A stretch of DNA of 64,000 nucleotides from Felis catus (lineage: Eukaryota). Under the pieces are notes generated by a model that had not been told where the DNA came from, did not search any database, and worked only from the letters and a program-made list of their open reading frames with translations. Where the stretch lies: assembly GCF_018350175.1 (NCBI RefSeq), contig NC_058368.1:32366001-32430000 (forward strand), given 5' to 3'. Every line of letters starts with the position of its first letter. Position 1 is the first letter of the stretch. Of the stretch, positions 1 to 14,120 are shown piece after piece. Position numbers and translations under genes: made by a program.

Positions 1-154
1 TAACAATACGTCATTGCATAACTCTACATTTGAAAAGTATTTTCCAAACTGTAATTTTCCCAATAATTGCAATATCAAAACCCAGAGATAGAAAATAGTA
101 TATATGGTTACCATTCAAGACTCCAGTCACTGGTTCTGAGAATTTAAAGAAATA

Positions 155-464
155 TGCCCAGTAATGTTTATGTCATCTCCACATTTATATATTGAAGTAC
201 TAATCCCCAGTGTAACCATATAGGAGGTGGAGCCTTTGGGAGGTGCTTAGGTCTTGAAAGTAAACCCCTCCTGAGCAGGGTTAGTGCCCTTAGACAAAAG
301 ACCCTATGTGTAAAACATACTGAAAAGAGCCCAGAAGCAGGCTCTCCCAGACACTCAACCTGTTGGCACCTTGATCTTGGACATTGCAACCTCCAGAACT
401 GTGAGCAATAAATGGTTGTTAAGTTTATGGTATTTTTGCTATAATAGCCTGAATAGACTAGTAC
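155..464 (+). mobile_element. MaLR solo LTR (MLT1A-like)
   Basis: Contains MLT1 hallmarks 'aggaggtggagcctttgggaggtg', 'tggcaccttgatcttggac...cctccagaactgtgag.aataaa' and the end 'agcctgaatagactagtaca'. Confidence 0.75.
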
Positions 465-666
465 ATCTGTGTATCGTTCTTCCGGACTTTGTTACAAATG
501 ATGTAATTATAAACTACTGGATGTTAAAAAGAAACTCTTTACCTATTTTAGAAACAATTATCACATTCACAATAGAATGCAAACACTGCAGAGAAATAAC
601 TTAAAATATAAATATCACTGATTACCAATATGTCTTCTGGTAGATTGGCTTTTAAATACTCTTTCT

Positions 667-880
667 GGGGCGCCTGGGTGGCTCCGTCGGTTAAGTGTCC
701 TACTTCAGCTCTGGTCATGATCTCACAGTTTGTGAGTTCCAGCCCTGCATCCAGCTTTGTGCTGACAGCTTGAAGCCCTGCTTCAAAATCTGTGTCTCCC
801 TCTCTCTGTGGCCCTTCCCCATTCACATGCTGTCTCTCTCTCTCCCAAAAATAAATAAACGTTTAAAAAATTAAAAAAAA
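667..880 (+). mobile_element. Can-SINE (tRNA-derived, felid type)
   Basis: Head GGGGCGCCTGGGTGGCTC, (CT)n tract, AATAAATAAA and A tail; degenerate TSD 'ctctttct' on both sides. Confidence 0.95.
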
Positions 881-1889
881 TAATTATTGCTCTTTCTGAG
901 GGTGGTATGAATGGAATAGAATTAGCCCTTTAATACATTATACTCGGACGTTACTAGAAAATGCCCTATATTTTCAAATGTTATGAAATCTTCTTAAAAT
1001 GAATTTAGATGTAGATACACACGTCATACACATGCATGAATCTTATTGTTATTCTCCTTATGTATATGAAAATGGTCTTAGAAAGGAATGAGGTAGAGAC
1101 AATAGTAAATAATGAAAATGTGGTTAGAGGTGCAAGAAAAGGAAAGGTAGAAAAATAATACTAATTTATTTTTAAGCAATATTTTTCACTTACACACAAA
1201 TAAACAGGAGATTCTACTTTTTGAGAAAATGTTGATTTTTAAAGCAAGTGTTAACTGGTTATTAATAAATTCCTGGATATGCTTGTGTAGCATATCTTTA
1301 TAATGAATAAATTAACCACACTACACATGCAAAGTCTGCTCTACCAAGAGATATGTATTTATAACAATAAAACAACTGAGAATCCTGCTTCACAGAAATT
1401 CTTCTGTAACAATAACAAACAGTATAATGTATGCACATTAAAATCCTTTATGGGATGTGGAAATTGTATTGATTATACAACAGATGAACAGACTGAATGT
1501 GCACAGGATTTAGCTTTACCAGAATTAGATAAAACAGAAAATAAGGCATCAATACAGAAAATGACATGTCTTAATATCAAAAATTATATTTTCATTACCA
1601 CCCATTTTATTTTTTATGAATAAAGTGTAATTAGGTATTTTTAAGAATCTAAAAATAAGTATTAGAGATGCTTTTGTATAAAATTGAAAGTCAACAAGTG
1701 TATATATACATATATATTATATAAATAAATGTGATATGTATCATATCACTATATCATATATAATATATATCATATATATTCTGTGTATTTTTATTTTCTC
1801 ACAATATGCCATGGAGATTAATCCATCAGGATTTTTAGAGATCATTTATTCCCTTAAGTGCTACATAGTAGTCTATGATATGAATTTAT

Positions 1890-2080
1890 CCACAAACCTT
1901 TACACAGTCAGCTACTAAATAGTTTAGACTTTGTGGTTTAAATGGTCTCTTTCACAGCCACTCAACAACAGCATGTAGCATGAAAACAGTCATAGGCAAT
2001 ATGTAAATCAATGGATGAAGGCGTGTTCCAGTAAAGTGCTATGTAGAAAGCAGGCAAACCCTAGTTGTCCAAATCTGATC
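1890..2080. mobile_element. MER58A-like hAT-Charlie MITE relic
   Basis: 'cagccactcaac...tgtagcatgaaaacagtcataggcaatatgtaaatcaatgg...gtgttccagtaaag' resembles the recalled MER58A consensus. Confidence 0.6.
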
Positions 2081-2959
2081 TACACAATTAGTTTTAAAGG
2101 TTATTCCTTGACAGTCAGTTTGGCTTTTAATGAATAACTTGCTATTACATATAAACCTGTAATATTTTTATGTAAACATAATATTTTCACATATACTTAT
2201 ATTCACATATATATTAAATTAATTTCATAGAAGCTATAATTCCCTTTTTATAGAGTATCATAAATTTAAGCAATAATATATGAGACATTTTTCATCTTTG
2301 CCAATATGGTGTATAAAAATTATATCTAATTGTATTTTTTAAATCTATTTCTCTTTTGATCAGTAAAATTGCACATAATGCCATTGATTGTTGTTATCAT
2401 CCTTTCTTTTAACCTTACACTATACATGTATATCCTTTGCATATTTTTCTGAACATAGCTCAGCATTTGCCTTGTCTAGTTACAAATATCTTGTTAGCAT
2501 TTTATCAAAAATGAGTTTACATTAGATTAATTTGTGAGAAAATATCTTAAGAGTTTATGAAAAATAGTTTATGAAAAAATATCTTTAATGGATGGCTTTA
2601 AGGGGCCAGCAAATTCCCATAGTAAATACATGTCAAGCAGGTCCTCTGCCTAGAAGGATGGTGATCAAACATACATATTTACACTGTCTCTAATGATTTT
2701 ACTGGCTTCTGGGAATGAAAATTAGAAATCTTTGGAAATGGCTTTATCAAAGAGTGGAATCACCTACTGAATACTCAGTTATGGCATCAGCTACAATTCA
2801 ACAGTTTGTGTGATAGGACAGATGTAGAACAGGATGTAGTAAGTTGTCTGGGCTAAGGGCAATTATGTGGTGCTCTTTCACTAAGCTTAAATAATCAAAT
2901 CTATGAGTAAATGTAGGAATATTTCCTTTCACCCTGACACTATTACACTTTTACAATAT

Positions 2960-3170
2960 GTTCCCAAACCATGAACTTCCCTTCTTTGGAGGGCTTAGTT
3001 CATTAGAGACCACTACTTCTACGTGTGAACATTATAGTTGAACTTGAAGGTATGACTGGCCTTGTTTAGTTTTTGTCCTTCTTGCTCTGTCACAACAGTG
3101 AAATCACAGGGTTAATGAACTGATTGTGATCATTGATCCTGACGTTAAATAGGAAGTAGCTTTAATGACA
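2960..3170 (+). mobile_element. Highly decayed ERVL/MaLR internal fragment
   Basis: 'ttgaacttgaaggtatgactg' and 'attgatcctgac' resemble the recalled ERVL internal sequence 'ttgaactggaagttaagactg...gattgatcctgac'. Confidence 0.35.
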
Positions 3171-4362
3171 ACACTCTTTCCCTTTACCAGTAAAGAACCT
3201 GGCACTGCTCAAATTCAGTAAAAACTATTCTGCAGAAGTGATTTCATAGTTTAGCAAATAATTTGCATCTTAAATGATAGTTTCATCCCTTTATGTCTTA
3301 GTTTGGAGACTCAGAGATTACAGTGATTTACCCAAGCTATATCTGTGATAAATTCAGTTTTCCTGATTCTCAGTCTAATAATTTCCACTTGACATTAGAC
3401 TTCTTCTAGGATTCAGTTAAGGTCACATATCTTTAGAACTGACAATGGTGAATTATCATGCTGAATACTTTTTTTTGAATTCTTAAAATTTTAGCATAAT
3501 GTACTTGTTAATAATTGTGAGCAAAATTTTATGTCACTTTATTATTGCTTCAGAATATAGGCTGGACTACGTATTAAGATATTCTTTAACAGCTACTTCA
3601 CAAAATATGACTTTTGAATCATTTATTTAGAAAGAATAAATAATATTAGAAATGAATATTTGAAACATTTTACAAAGAGGTTCTGTATCATGTCAGATTT
3701 GCAAATGTTTATTTGACTAAAAATGTGTTTGGGACTACTATTTTGGGCAATCATAAACATTTTTCACTAAGGTCCTTTTAGAATTATATCTACCAGATAG
3801 AATAATTGGTTTTGTTATTATACTTGAATAATACAATTTAGGAATATAAATAATATAAATTACCTACTTTCCTTTTTCAGCATACAGTATTTACTATTAA
3901 ATGTTGTTTGTTTCATCTGGAGCACAATATAAATGAATGTCAGGAAAATAGTACACATGTAGGGGCACATTTGCTGTGACAAATCATTTTCTATAAATCT
4001 CTGCATTTGACATGCATTAGCTGGTAAGACATACAAATGATTACATATTAATGATTTGGGTTGCACTGTACCTAAAATTATTAAAAGTATTCAGAGTTCA
4101 CTTTGTTTTAGTCTGGCTGATATCTATCCCAAAATAAAATCCAAGAAAATAGAAATATGCAAATAAAAAATAATAATTAGAGTGATATTATCAGTTCAGT
4201 TCCACATTTGGTCTCGATTATTAGTGCCAATATACATTTACTTATCGCCAATCCATTTTCTTCCAAAACTGCTATTTCTCAAAAATTACTTTAGTGAATT
4301 TAAACCTCTGGGAAAAAAGCTAGCTTATTTTGAAGAGACTCTCTAGGTGAAAAAAAGCTTAC

Positions 4363-4590
4363 TTTTTAATTATTTTTTACACTTCTTATTTATTTATTTT
4401 GAGAGAGAGTGATATCACATGCACAAGCAGGGGAGGGGCAGAGAGAGGGGGAGAGAGAATCTTAAGCAGGATCCATTCTGTCAGCTCAGAGCTCGATGCA
4501 GAACTTGATCTCAAGAATTGTGAGTTTATGACCTGAGCCAAAACCAAGAGTCAGACGCTTAACCAACCAACTGAGCCACCCAGGTGCCAC
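4363..4590 (-). mobile_element. Can-SINE
   Basis: Reverse head 'ctgagccacccaggtgcc', (GA)n tract and T tail; TSD tctaggtgaaaaaaa at 4342-4356 and 4593-4607. Confidence 0.95.
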
Positions 4591-4780
4591 CTTCTAGGTG
4601 AAAAAAATTTTAAAGCATAGGAAAGAAATACAAAGATATCTCTGATGACACTGACAGAAAAGAGAGAATGAAATTTAAGAAAGGTGAGCAAGGTATCTTC
4701 AATTTTGCCTTTCCTCTTCCAGTATATTTGTTGATATTAAGTTGGTGGTGGAGAGGCTGAGGGGCTAATAGAAAAAAGAA

Positions 4781-4846
4781 AGGAAGGAAGGAAAGAAGGA
4801 AGGAAGGAAGGAAGGAAGGAAGGAAGGAAGGAAGGAAGGAAGGAAG
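4781..4846. repeat. (GGAA)n microsatellite
   Basis: Direct tandem GGAA units. Confidence 0.95.
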
Positions 4847-5379
4847 AAGCTAAATGGCTGAGAAGATTAGCAAAACTCCCAACATTGTCAACAGAGTGGG
4901 GAATCACAAGTGGAGTTCAGGCTCACCAAACAGGAGAGACTGTAATAAAACAACTAGGTTTGCACTTGGGGCTCTCAAAGACCTACAGCTTCTGACAAAC
5001 CAGAAATTAATCAGTTCTTACAAAGATTAAAGTGTAGGTTTAAATGAGTTCACTCTCTGGATTGAGGTAATCTACCCCTAAAGCACTATATGTCAAAGTC
5101 AAAAGCAAATTATGTAAGGAGTAATAAAACAGTATCCAGAATGTCAAATCGCCTATACACATTGAATACACAATAATGAGAGATTCAACAAAGAATATCT
5201 AGGCATACAAGCATCAATAACACATGATCAGACCTCTGAATGATGCTGGATGGAATAAGTTCTCCCTGAACCATAACATCTACCATGAAGTACTATAAAT
5301 TTTGGAATAAATATGGAAATAAGTACTATTACAGTATACTAAAACACTGAACATTAAATAGCAATGAAAACTAAGTACT

Positions 5380-5690
5380 GTTAGAGTGAACAAAAGGGAC
5401 ATATTACCCAACCATAATATTTAGAAACTATGGCAAAAAGAATTCATGCTTTATGATTTCACTTATATAAAATTCAAAAATAAGGTGGAGTAATATATGT
5501 TGTTATAAGTCCTTATAGTGGTTTCCTTTAGATTGGTGACTGTGAGAGATTTATGAGTATATCTTAACATACTGTTAATGTTCTTTTCTTATTCTTATTG
5601 TGATTAAATGGGTTCATTCTAGCTGTGATCATTCATTGAGCTGTATACTTAAGATGTATACTTTATATGCTAAAAGGTAATAAAACTTTA
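5380..5690 (+). mobile_element. Ancient L1 (L1ME-like) 3' UTR fragment
   Basis: 'tatgatttcacttatataaaattcaaaa...tagtggtttcc...attcattgagctgtatacttaagat' is typical of L1ME 3' ends. Confidence 0.55.
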
Positions 5691-5899
5691 CTACAATGAT
5701 TTTAACATCATGTAAAATTTTATGGATATGAAATGATAGTGACATTTAAAAAACTCTAAATAACATTTATTTCCTTAGTCTTCAATTTGTACAATAATTA
5801 ATGTAGCTGTAATTGGTACATTAATTAGTATAGCATATCCATTGTTCACTTGTATACATGTGCTTGTGAGAAATCCTGACATAGAAGCAGTAACAATTA

Positions 5900-8370
5900 T
5901 AACAAGCATGCTAGAGAAAAGGAGAACACAATAAACTTTCCTGCTAAGTATTTCCATTTGCTTGGAAACAATGCCAGAGGCAACCAAAGAAAATCTCTGA
6001 AAGGTGACAAGGGAAAGGCAAACTGGTTTGGGTCCCCAGGACCAGAGAAACAATATTGTGGTGGGGTGTCTTAGCAGCCCTGACCCAACAAAAGTAGCCT
6101 ACCCAGCCCCAGTGTTTCTACCACCAACCTAGCAATAGAAGGCAGGTCAGGTAGGCTCATTGCTCTCTTACATCAAAGTGGGAGGCCCCCAACAACATTA
6201 GAGAGGCCAGTACCACAGGCAAGGAAGATTAATTGTAAGACATGCTAGCAAAAAGCAGCCAGCAAAAGTACCATGTTTCCTCATTGGATCCAAGGTTTCC
6301 CTTTCGTCAATATCCTCCTCCCCACAGAAGATTGATCTAGACCAGTGGGTAAAAACACCAAGGATTCTTCAATAATAAGTGACCCATAAACACTGAGACA
6401 GTCTGTGAGCAACAGCGAGAGGACCCACAACATAACTGTCACCTCTGCCAAAGGAGCCTCTTTGTGTCTAAAAATGTGAGATATCCTTTCTTCACCAAGA
6501 GACACAAAGAGAACATTGCCATATTAAGTGGCCTGGTCCCAGAGTGGTCTGAGACATCCACTCCCACTGGGAAACATGAGGATGGCCAGGCAACATTGAC
6601 AAGAGAGAACCCGACACAAAATGTGACACAGCCAAGGAAGTTCTTTGTTCCAGTAGACTTGAGACACCATACTCCACCCAGAGACACCTGTTTGCCTAGG
6701 GTACCTGAAGAATGGATTCCTTTCCAAGTGCCAGGCCAGGAAATCCTCCTCATTGCCATAAGCCTAAGATTCTCCTCTCTGTCAACAGAAATTCAGTGGC
6801 CCAGCTTAGAGAAACCCATCTGATCCCTTGAGCAGTACTTGAAGGGCCCAAAGGAAGTCTCATCAGCACGAGATAAAAACCAAGCCAACCAATATAACAC
6901 TGTAAATGCTCTGAAAATTAAAATATCATTAGAACTGCAGGCCACAAATGTAGAGCAAAACCTGCATACTAAACCTAAACAGTGTTACTGATACAGTAAG
7001 AAATCACTCATCATACCAAGAACAAAAGATTAAAATACAATAAAAAAACAATGAAAAATACAGTGGAAAAAAACAATTGATAACAAACTGGATGAATCAC
7101 ACGTGAAAATTATCTGACAAGTGTTTTAAAGCAAAAATCATAAAACTGCTTCAGCAATCAGTTGTAAATTCTGCAACAAATGAGCAAAAATGGAAATCTG
7201 AGCAAAGAAACTGAAGTATGAAAATAAAGAACTGAAAACATAATAATGGAAAATATTCTCACTGAATGCACTTAATTGCATAATGAAGATAATGGAGGAT
7301 AGAACTGGTGAATCTGAGATCAATAGAATTTACCTAACTAAACTACATAGATAAAATAGACTTTCACACAAATAGATTGAAAGATATTGACAGAATCTCA
7401 GGAGGCTTCAGGCAATAATAAAATATCCAACACTGTATCATTTTCATCTCAGGAGAGAAATAAGATAGAACCGAAAGAGTACTAGAATAATGGCTAACAA
7501 CTTCTCAAATTTGGGAAAGGTACGATCCTACATATCCAAGTAGCAAAATGAACTCAAAACAGGATAAATACAGAGAAATCCATGCCAAGACACATCATAA
7601 TTAAACGTTTCAAAATGAAAGAGACAGATTTTTCCCTGCAAGTCGCCATAGAGAAATGACACATTACCTATAAGGGGACTACCAATTCAAATGACAGCAG
7701 ATTTCTCATCTGAAACCATAGTGACAAGAAGGAAGTGGCATAACATTTTTCAAGTGGCTGAAAGAACATTTTTGTCAATAGTGAATGCTATATTTGGCAA
7801 AACAATCCTTCAAGAATGAAAGGGAAATGAAAACATTCTTGGACAGGGGAAAACTAAAAAGATTTGTCACTAACAGATCTACCTTTAAAGATTGGAAGAT
7901 AGTTCCATTAAAGAAAGAAATTCTTTAAACACAAATAATATAATAAAAATAATAATTACAGAATTTTAGACTAAAAAGGAAAGAAAGACCTGTAAAATAG
8001 GTACATGTAACAGATTATCTTTTTTATCATGTTTTTTATAAATCACATTTTAGTTGAATAGACTATAACACTGTTTGATACTTACTTAAGAAAATGAGAC
8101 GTGACAGTGGTGAGGGTAAATGGGTTTAAATTAGTACTAGTTACTAGATTTAATAAAATGTTGGTAGCAGTAGACTATGGTAAGTCATGTACATTGTAAG
8201 GAAAACCACTATAAAAATATACAAACAATCAAAAACATGACAGATAAGTCAAGATGGAATAAAAACATGTTTAGAAGAAGGCAAAAAAAGAGAAACAGAA
8301 AAAAAGAACCAGAGGAAACAAAAGCAGATGTCAAAATGGCAGATTTAATACCATCAGCAAAAGCAAAACA
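5900..8370 (+). mobile_element. Ancient L1 5' region: 5' UTR, degenerate ORF1 (about 7050-7900) and start of the inter-ORF/ORF2 region
   Basis: Decayed ORF1 C-terminal motifs 'ccaagacacatcataattaaa' (PRHIIIK), 'acagcagatttctcatctgaaacc' (TADFSSET), 'tccttcaagaatgaaagggaaatgaaaacattc' and 'tttgtcactaacaga'; many stops and frameshifts. Confidence 0.7.
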
Positions 8371-8415
8371 CTAATGATCAAGTCCTGTCATGCATTTTAA
8401 CCTTACATTATATTT

Positions 8416-8532
8416 CTTCTTCCTGTTTTCCCTTTTCTCCTCCTCCTCCTCCTTCTCTTTCTCCTCTTCTTTCTCTTCCTTCTCCTTCCCCCTCCTCTTC
8501 CATTCTTGTTCTTGCTTCTGCTGCTTCTTCTT
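8416..8532. repeat. Pyrimidine-rich (CTT/CCT)n low-complexity tract
   Basis: Imperfect TCC/TTC triplets; explains the E/K-rich spurious ORF 8371-8598. Confidence 0.85.
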
Positions 8533-9054
8533 TAGATTTACAACCCAAATTTGAAATTTGGACCTGTGGAGAGCACTCACCAGAGATTTCAAAGTCAATT
8601 TGTTATTTCATGAATTAACCTGTGCACAGAAGTATATCAGTCTTTTTTCTCAACACACGAGTATGTTTCAATGACTTTTCAGCACCCTTGGAAGGCTATA
8701 TTAAGGATTTGGATTTTAAAATGTAAGCTATTCATTATAGGATGATTCCAGAATTCTTTTCAAGTAAGTCATCAGTTGTGCACTACAATAAGCAAAGGAA
8801 AACTACAAGTTGTAATAAAATATATGTCATATGTATCATGACACCTGAATAAAAACTAAATAGAATTAAACATGAACTCCAAATTAAATTAAAAGATAAG
8901 TGCTCTCAATTATAAGAGGCTTCTCTTTTACAAAAGCAACTGTTGATATTTCCTTTCACTCTAAGTAGCTACAGGAATTGTGGAAATTGAGAGTTATTAA
9001 TTCCTTTAAGTAAGGTCAGAAAGACAATTAATACTTATTATACCATATCATCCA

Positions 9055-9180
9055 GTTATTCATCCATTCATTCAATAAACATTTGTTGGGTTCCTATTTG
9101 TTCCAGGTATTTCTGAAAGGTAGGGGTTATGATAGGGGCCAATAGAGAAAACTATCCTGTCTCAAGAACTTACATTTGAG
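9055..9180 (-). mobile_element. L2 3' end relic
   Basis: 'cattcattcaataaacatttgttgggttcctatttgttccagg' is the reverse L2 terminus; similar relics lie near 9375-9475 (-) and 9645-9730 (+). Confidence 0.6.
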
Positions 9181-10076
9181 TGAATATCTTTCATAAATAC
9201 CTTATTTTAATATCTGACCGTAAAACTTTCAGATGGTGTAGAACTTTGTGGCATTTGTCTTTAATAATACATGTTTAAATGTAACTATATTCCTACTTGG
9301 TCTATGTGACCAAGATTTTCTTCATAATTTCTTCTCTTGTCTCATTAAGAGAGGGAGATTCCAGTCATCTACTCATTCTCTCACTAACTCATTTATTCAA
9401 CAAATTCATTATATGCTGGGTATTCTATGCTTGGCACTAAGGCATTAGCACATCTTAAGAAACTTACAGTTTAGTAAAGTAAATCCAAAATGTTAAACAA
9501 ATACATGCAGAATTTGGCCATCTGTAAAGCACTACTTTCTCCATATTTAATCTCAGATTTGAATACCTATATGCTTTAAAAATTAAGAAGTGGAATTCTG
9601 GGATAGAAAGTGAGGTTTCACTTCAACGTTTACCAAGAAATAGATTTTGTCTCTTTTATATCCCCGTTGCCTGAGACAGTGCCTGGTACACAGTCACTGC
9701 TCAGGAAATAAAGCTTAATGGATTAAATAATGATTTAAGTAACTTATTTTAAAGCAAAATGGGTAACAAAAAGGTGTTTGGCATCAACGTCTAGTCAATA
9801 GGACAGCACTGAGCCCATGAGGTTGAGATGAGAAAGAAGATGGAATAGCAGACTATCGCTATCATCTTAGAAGAATGTTACCTGCAACAATAATACAGAC
9901 ATATGGATTAAAGAAATATTATTTTATCAATGTGTCACACACATATATTTACAGGATATATTAGGAGACTGGAAGACCTCGAACATTTACTTCATGCATA
10001 ACTTTATGAAGGGATATATTATTTAAAAAATGAAAAGTTGCAGCAGAAGTCTCATTTAATAACATACTCATTTTTA

Positions 10077-10302
10077 TTTTTATTTTTTTAAGTTTTTTTT
10101 AACGTTTATTTATTTTTGAGACAGAGAGAGGCAGAGCATGAACGGGGGAGGGGCAGAGAGAGAGGGAGACACAGAATCTGAAGCAGGCTCCAGGCTCTGA
10201 GCCATCAGCCCAGAGCCGACATGGGGCTCGAACTCATGGACCGCGAGATCGTGACCTGAGTTGAAGTCGGACGCTTAACCGACTGAGCCACCCAGGCGCC
10301 CC
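10077..10302 (-). mobile_element. Young felid Can-SINE
   Basis: Near-consensus with CpGs retained; perfect 16-bp TSD aacatactcattttta at 10061-10076 and 10303-10318. Confidence 0.97.
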
Positions 10303-12429
10303 AACATACTCATTTTTAATCTTTAGAGTCCTATAATTGTTACATCAGAAACTGTGTTAGAGATAGCTCTTGACTTCTAATTCTGTGACGCTTCCTTATA
10401 TGACATTGTCCAGTTAAAGGGAGAATCATGAATTACAATAATAAAGCAGAAAATCATCTCCTGTAATATTTATTCAATTGTACATTTTTGGTTTGAACGC
10501 ATCAATAACATCCTACTTTTTACATACCACTTAACCTTTCAAATATATAAATACACGGCTAAAACACCCAAATTTCTCTTGTCTGAAATATTTATCCTTT
10601 ACCAATTTTTTTCTATTCTGCATATTCAATCTGCCAATGCCTGTTAAAAAGTAGTTCTAAGAAATGTATGAAAATCTCATGTGACATAGCATATTTGCTC
10701 TTTATTCAGATTTGTACAATGAAGAATTCTCTATCCCATCATCCTTTCTGCACAAGTATAGTGGAATTCTATTGGTTTATTTGACCTCCAAATACCGTAC
10801 AATGTTAAAAAAGGAATTTTGACTGGATAGGAAGCAATGATAGAGAAAGATAAGTGTATCATATAGACTGGCAAATGAGTCAATATGGCTGGCGAGTTTT
10901 ATGTGAAGTGTCTTTTGAGGCAATAAAGTTCCAGCTTGTAAACTTGCAAGGGTATGGCAACTGAAGACTTTATATCCCTTCTATCCACAGAGAATTCAAT
11001 CAGCCTTTTAAATCACCTTCTCTTTGATGAAAGTAAAATATCTTATAGTTTCCCTCTAATGAGTTCTTGGAAATATCTTTCATATAGTGACCAATAAAGA
11101 AAACGTCTAAGGTAAAATTTGCAAATATACATCCCAGTTTGCCTTCAACCTGTATTTCTCTATATCACATAATTCTTTTAAAAAGGTCATTGTTAAGGTA
11201 AGTACATTAAAAATGTTTCATAGATTAGAAGAAGCTGGCTCTCAGAAATCTAAGTATAATAGAATGTCTGAAAATTTCACTTTTCTAAAAATTACAATAA
11301 TTGGCAAGTTTCCTCCCCATCTCAGAACAGTGAAAAGATCCACTTGGGTTTTTCTAGGCTTTTTTTTTTTAAAGTAGGAAATCCTCTCATAGGATTTCTA
11401 TCTCAATTTCTCTTCTTACAATCTGACAAGCCTGAATTGATGGCTGAATAACTCAATTAAAACTTTTTTTGCAGTTTCTCTCCCATTGCCTGAATATTAT
11501 ATAAATGATTCCTATTAAATGTATGAGCAAAGTGAAATGACTTTGCAGGAGATGAACCTTTGATAGCTAGGGATTAACTTTTCTGTGTTTGCACATGGAG
11601 GTCCCTTTTCATTCTTTATAAGTGGGTTCTAATGATACAGAAACTCCATTTATCATGGTACATTAATTAGATGTGCTATACTCCCTAAGATAAAATGCAT
11701 AATAAAAATGTAAAGCCAGATGAAACAACCTTTCCTCTTAAGAATGTCAGGGACCAGGTTATTCAAACACAGATTGCACATTTTTCTATCTTTTTTTTTA
11801 AGTTTAATAAGCTATTGTTACCTTTAACCCAGAGCAATACTTCTTTTCTACTCTTCAGGTGTATCGTACTCACTTAATTTTTCAGATTCTTCAGTCAAAT
11901 ACCAGCCAGTTCATTAAGTGACATATAAGTATGCTGACTTCTTGGGATTTATCACTTCTTTTCTCTTTCTATCCATCTTGTGTAAAGACAAAGAGAATAA
12001 GTCGACCCCATCTGGAAGCCCTGCATCCAACCATTTTTATAATTTCTCTGATACAACCAAATCATCCCCCCTTCTCCTTGATAGTTCCTCTGGATTTAGA
12101 GTCACTCTGTTTTTCCTCTAAAGTATTCCCTTCCAGACAGAACAGCAATAAGAATAGATCTCAGGATTTCACACATTTCTTATCCTTTAACCTCTTTGCT
12201 GTACTTCATTTGTGTGAGGTGAAAAGAGTCCTGAGGACTCAAAACAAGTCCCTAAGTGTAGTTTTATAGGACCTATGCTTACATGTTTCTGATCTATTCA
12301 ATGAATGTATTAGATTAGAAGATCTCAAAATTTCTAACAAGCTCTCGTGTATTATTATTGTATTATATAAGTGAAATCATTTCTTATAGAAATATCATTT
12401 ATTCATGCTTAATATAAGTACCTTTTATT

Positions 12430-12520
12430 CCTGTGATGTCTTCACTCCAAGACTGAAAAGCTGTGTCTTTCACTCCCCTTAACCCGTTTTGCCCATATTT
12501 CCCACCCCTCTGGCAACCAT
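12430..12520 (-). mobile_element. Short L1 3' UTR fragment (L1MA/L1_Carn-like)
   Basis: 'actgaaaagctgt...cccacccctctggcaaccatc' is the reverse L1MA-type 3' UTR. Confidence 0.45.
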
Positions 12521-13730
12521 CTTAATAGGCACCTTAGCAATGAAGATACGTAGGTGGCAAATAAGCCTAGGTAAAAATTCTCAATATCAATATTATATGT
12601 AATTATGAAATTTCAAGTGAAGCAGTGAGATATCATTACACTAAAATACCAAACAGTAGCAATACCAAATGCTGGTGGAGAGGTGAAGCAACAGGGAATC
12701 TCACTCTTATTAGTATTCTGGGGATGCAAATGATAAAGCCACTTTAGAAGACAGTTTGGCAATTTCTTAAAAAGAAAAACATAGCCTTGCCATACAACCA
12801 GCAATTATGCACCTAGATATTTACCAAAATGAGTTGAAAACATATGTTCACACAAAATCCTGCACACTGATATTTATAGCAGCTTTATTCATAATTACTG
12901 AGAACTGGAAGCAACCAAGATGTCCTTCTAAAGGTGAATGGATAAATATGCCACGGTACGTCCATACAATGGAACACTATTCAGTGATACGAGAAATGAG
13001 GCATCAAGTCATACAAACACATGGAGGAAGCTTAAGTACATATTGTTATGGGACAGAAGCCAGATTGGAAAGGCTACATCTTGGGGCATCTGGGTGGCTC
13101 AGTCTTGGTTAAGCCGCTGGCCCTTAACTTCAGCTCAAGTCATGATCTCTCAGTTTTTGAGATTGAGCCCTGCATCAGGCTCTGCACTGAGCATGGAGCT
13201 GGCTTGGGATTCTCTCTCTCTCTGCCCCTCCCAACTCTCTCACACACTCTTTTTCTTTCTCAAAATAAATACACATTTAAAAAAAGAGAGAAAAGTTATA
13301 TCTTGTGTGATTCCAACTGTACGAAATTCACAACAAGGCCAACTATACACACAGTAAAAACATCAGTGTTTGCCAGGAGTTATTTGTGGGGGGTCATGAG
13401 AAACAGGTGGAGCACAAGGGATTTTAAGAGTAGCGAGTCTACTCTATATGCTATTATAATGGTAGGTACATGACATTATGCTTTTGGTAAAACCCGTAAA
13501 CCTGTACAACATAAAGTGTAAACCCTACTGTAAATTGTGGGCTTTAGGTTATAATAAGGCATCAGTATGGTTTTATCAGTTATTAATAAATGCACCACAA
13601 CAGCAATACAAATGTTAGTAATGGAACCGAGAGTGGAGGGAAAGAATGAAGGTGATAACTTTCTATTTTTTCTGCTCAATTTCACTGTAAACCTAATTCT
13701 GCTCTAAAAATATCTATTAATTTTTTGAAA
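12521..13730 (+). mobile_element. Old L1 3' end (L1MC-like), interrupted by a SINE
   Basis: ORF2 C-terminal remnants (ORF 12807: 'KTYVHTKSCT..FIAALFII...WKQPRCPS.GEWI'), then an L1MC-type 3' UTR ending 'ctgctctaaaaat'. Confidence 0.85.
13083..13290 (+). mobile_element. Can-SINE inserted in the L1MC-like element
   Basis: Head ggggcatctgggtggctcag, (CT)n tract and tail; degenerate TSD aaaggctacatctt / aaagttatatctt. Confidence 0.93.
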
Positions 13731-13915
13731 AGTGGTATAAGATTGGCCTTGAAAGATTTATTGAATGTCTAACATAATCATAAATTTAAATGGTCATTAT
13801 AATTCATAAATGGTATAATTAACAAGTAACTGTTCAGTGTTTTGAGTTTATAAAATGATTTTATTCATTATCTAAGTTACTCTTCTGAACAAATATGTTT
13901 AAAAGGCATAGAATA

Positions 13916-14120
13916 GGGGTGCCTGTGTGGCTCAGTGAGTTACGCATCCAATTTTAGCTCAGGTCGTAATCTCACTGTTCATGAGTTGAAGCCCCACGTC
14001 GGGCTCTGTGCTGACAACTCAGTCTGGAGCCTGCTTCTGATTCTGTTCTCCCTCTCTCTCTGCCCCTCCCCTGCTCATACTCTGTCTCTCTTTCTCTCAA
14101 AAATAAATAAACAGTTAAAA
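13916..14120 (+). mobile_element. Can-SINE
   Basis: Head ggggtgcctgtgtggctcag; TSD 'gcatagaata' on both sides. Confidence 0.95.

Noticed and set aside
1303..1623. 106-aa ORF in unique DNA
   Set aside because: AT-rich, with no recognisable domain or splice context; consistent with chance.
6281..6823. Cluster of overlapping ORFs on both strands
   Set aside because: Lies in the relatively GC-richer 5' UTR of an ancient L1, where stop codons are scarce; no protein similarity recognised.
8371..8598. E/K-rich ORF
   Set aside because: Translation of a simple purine repeat.
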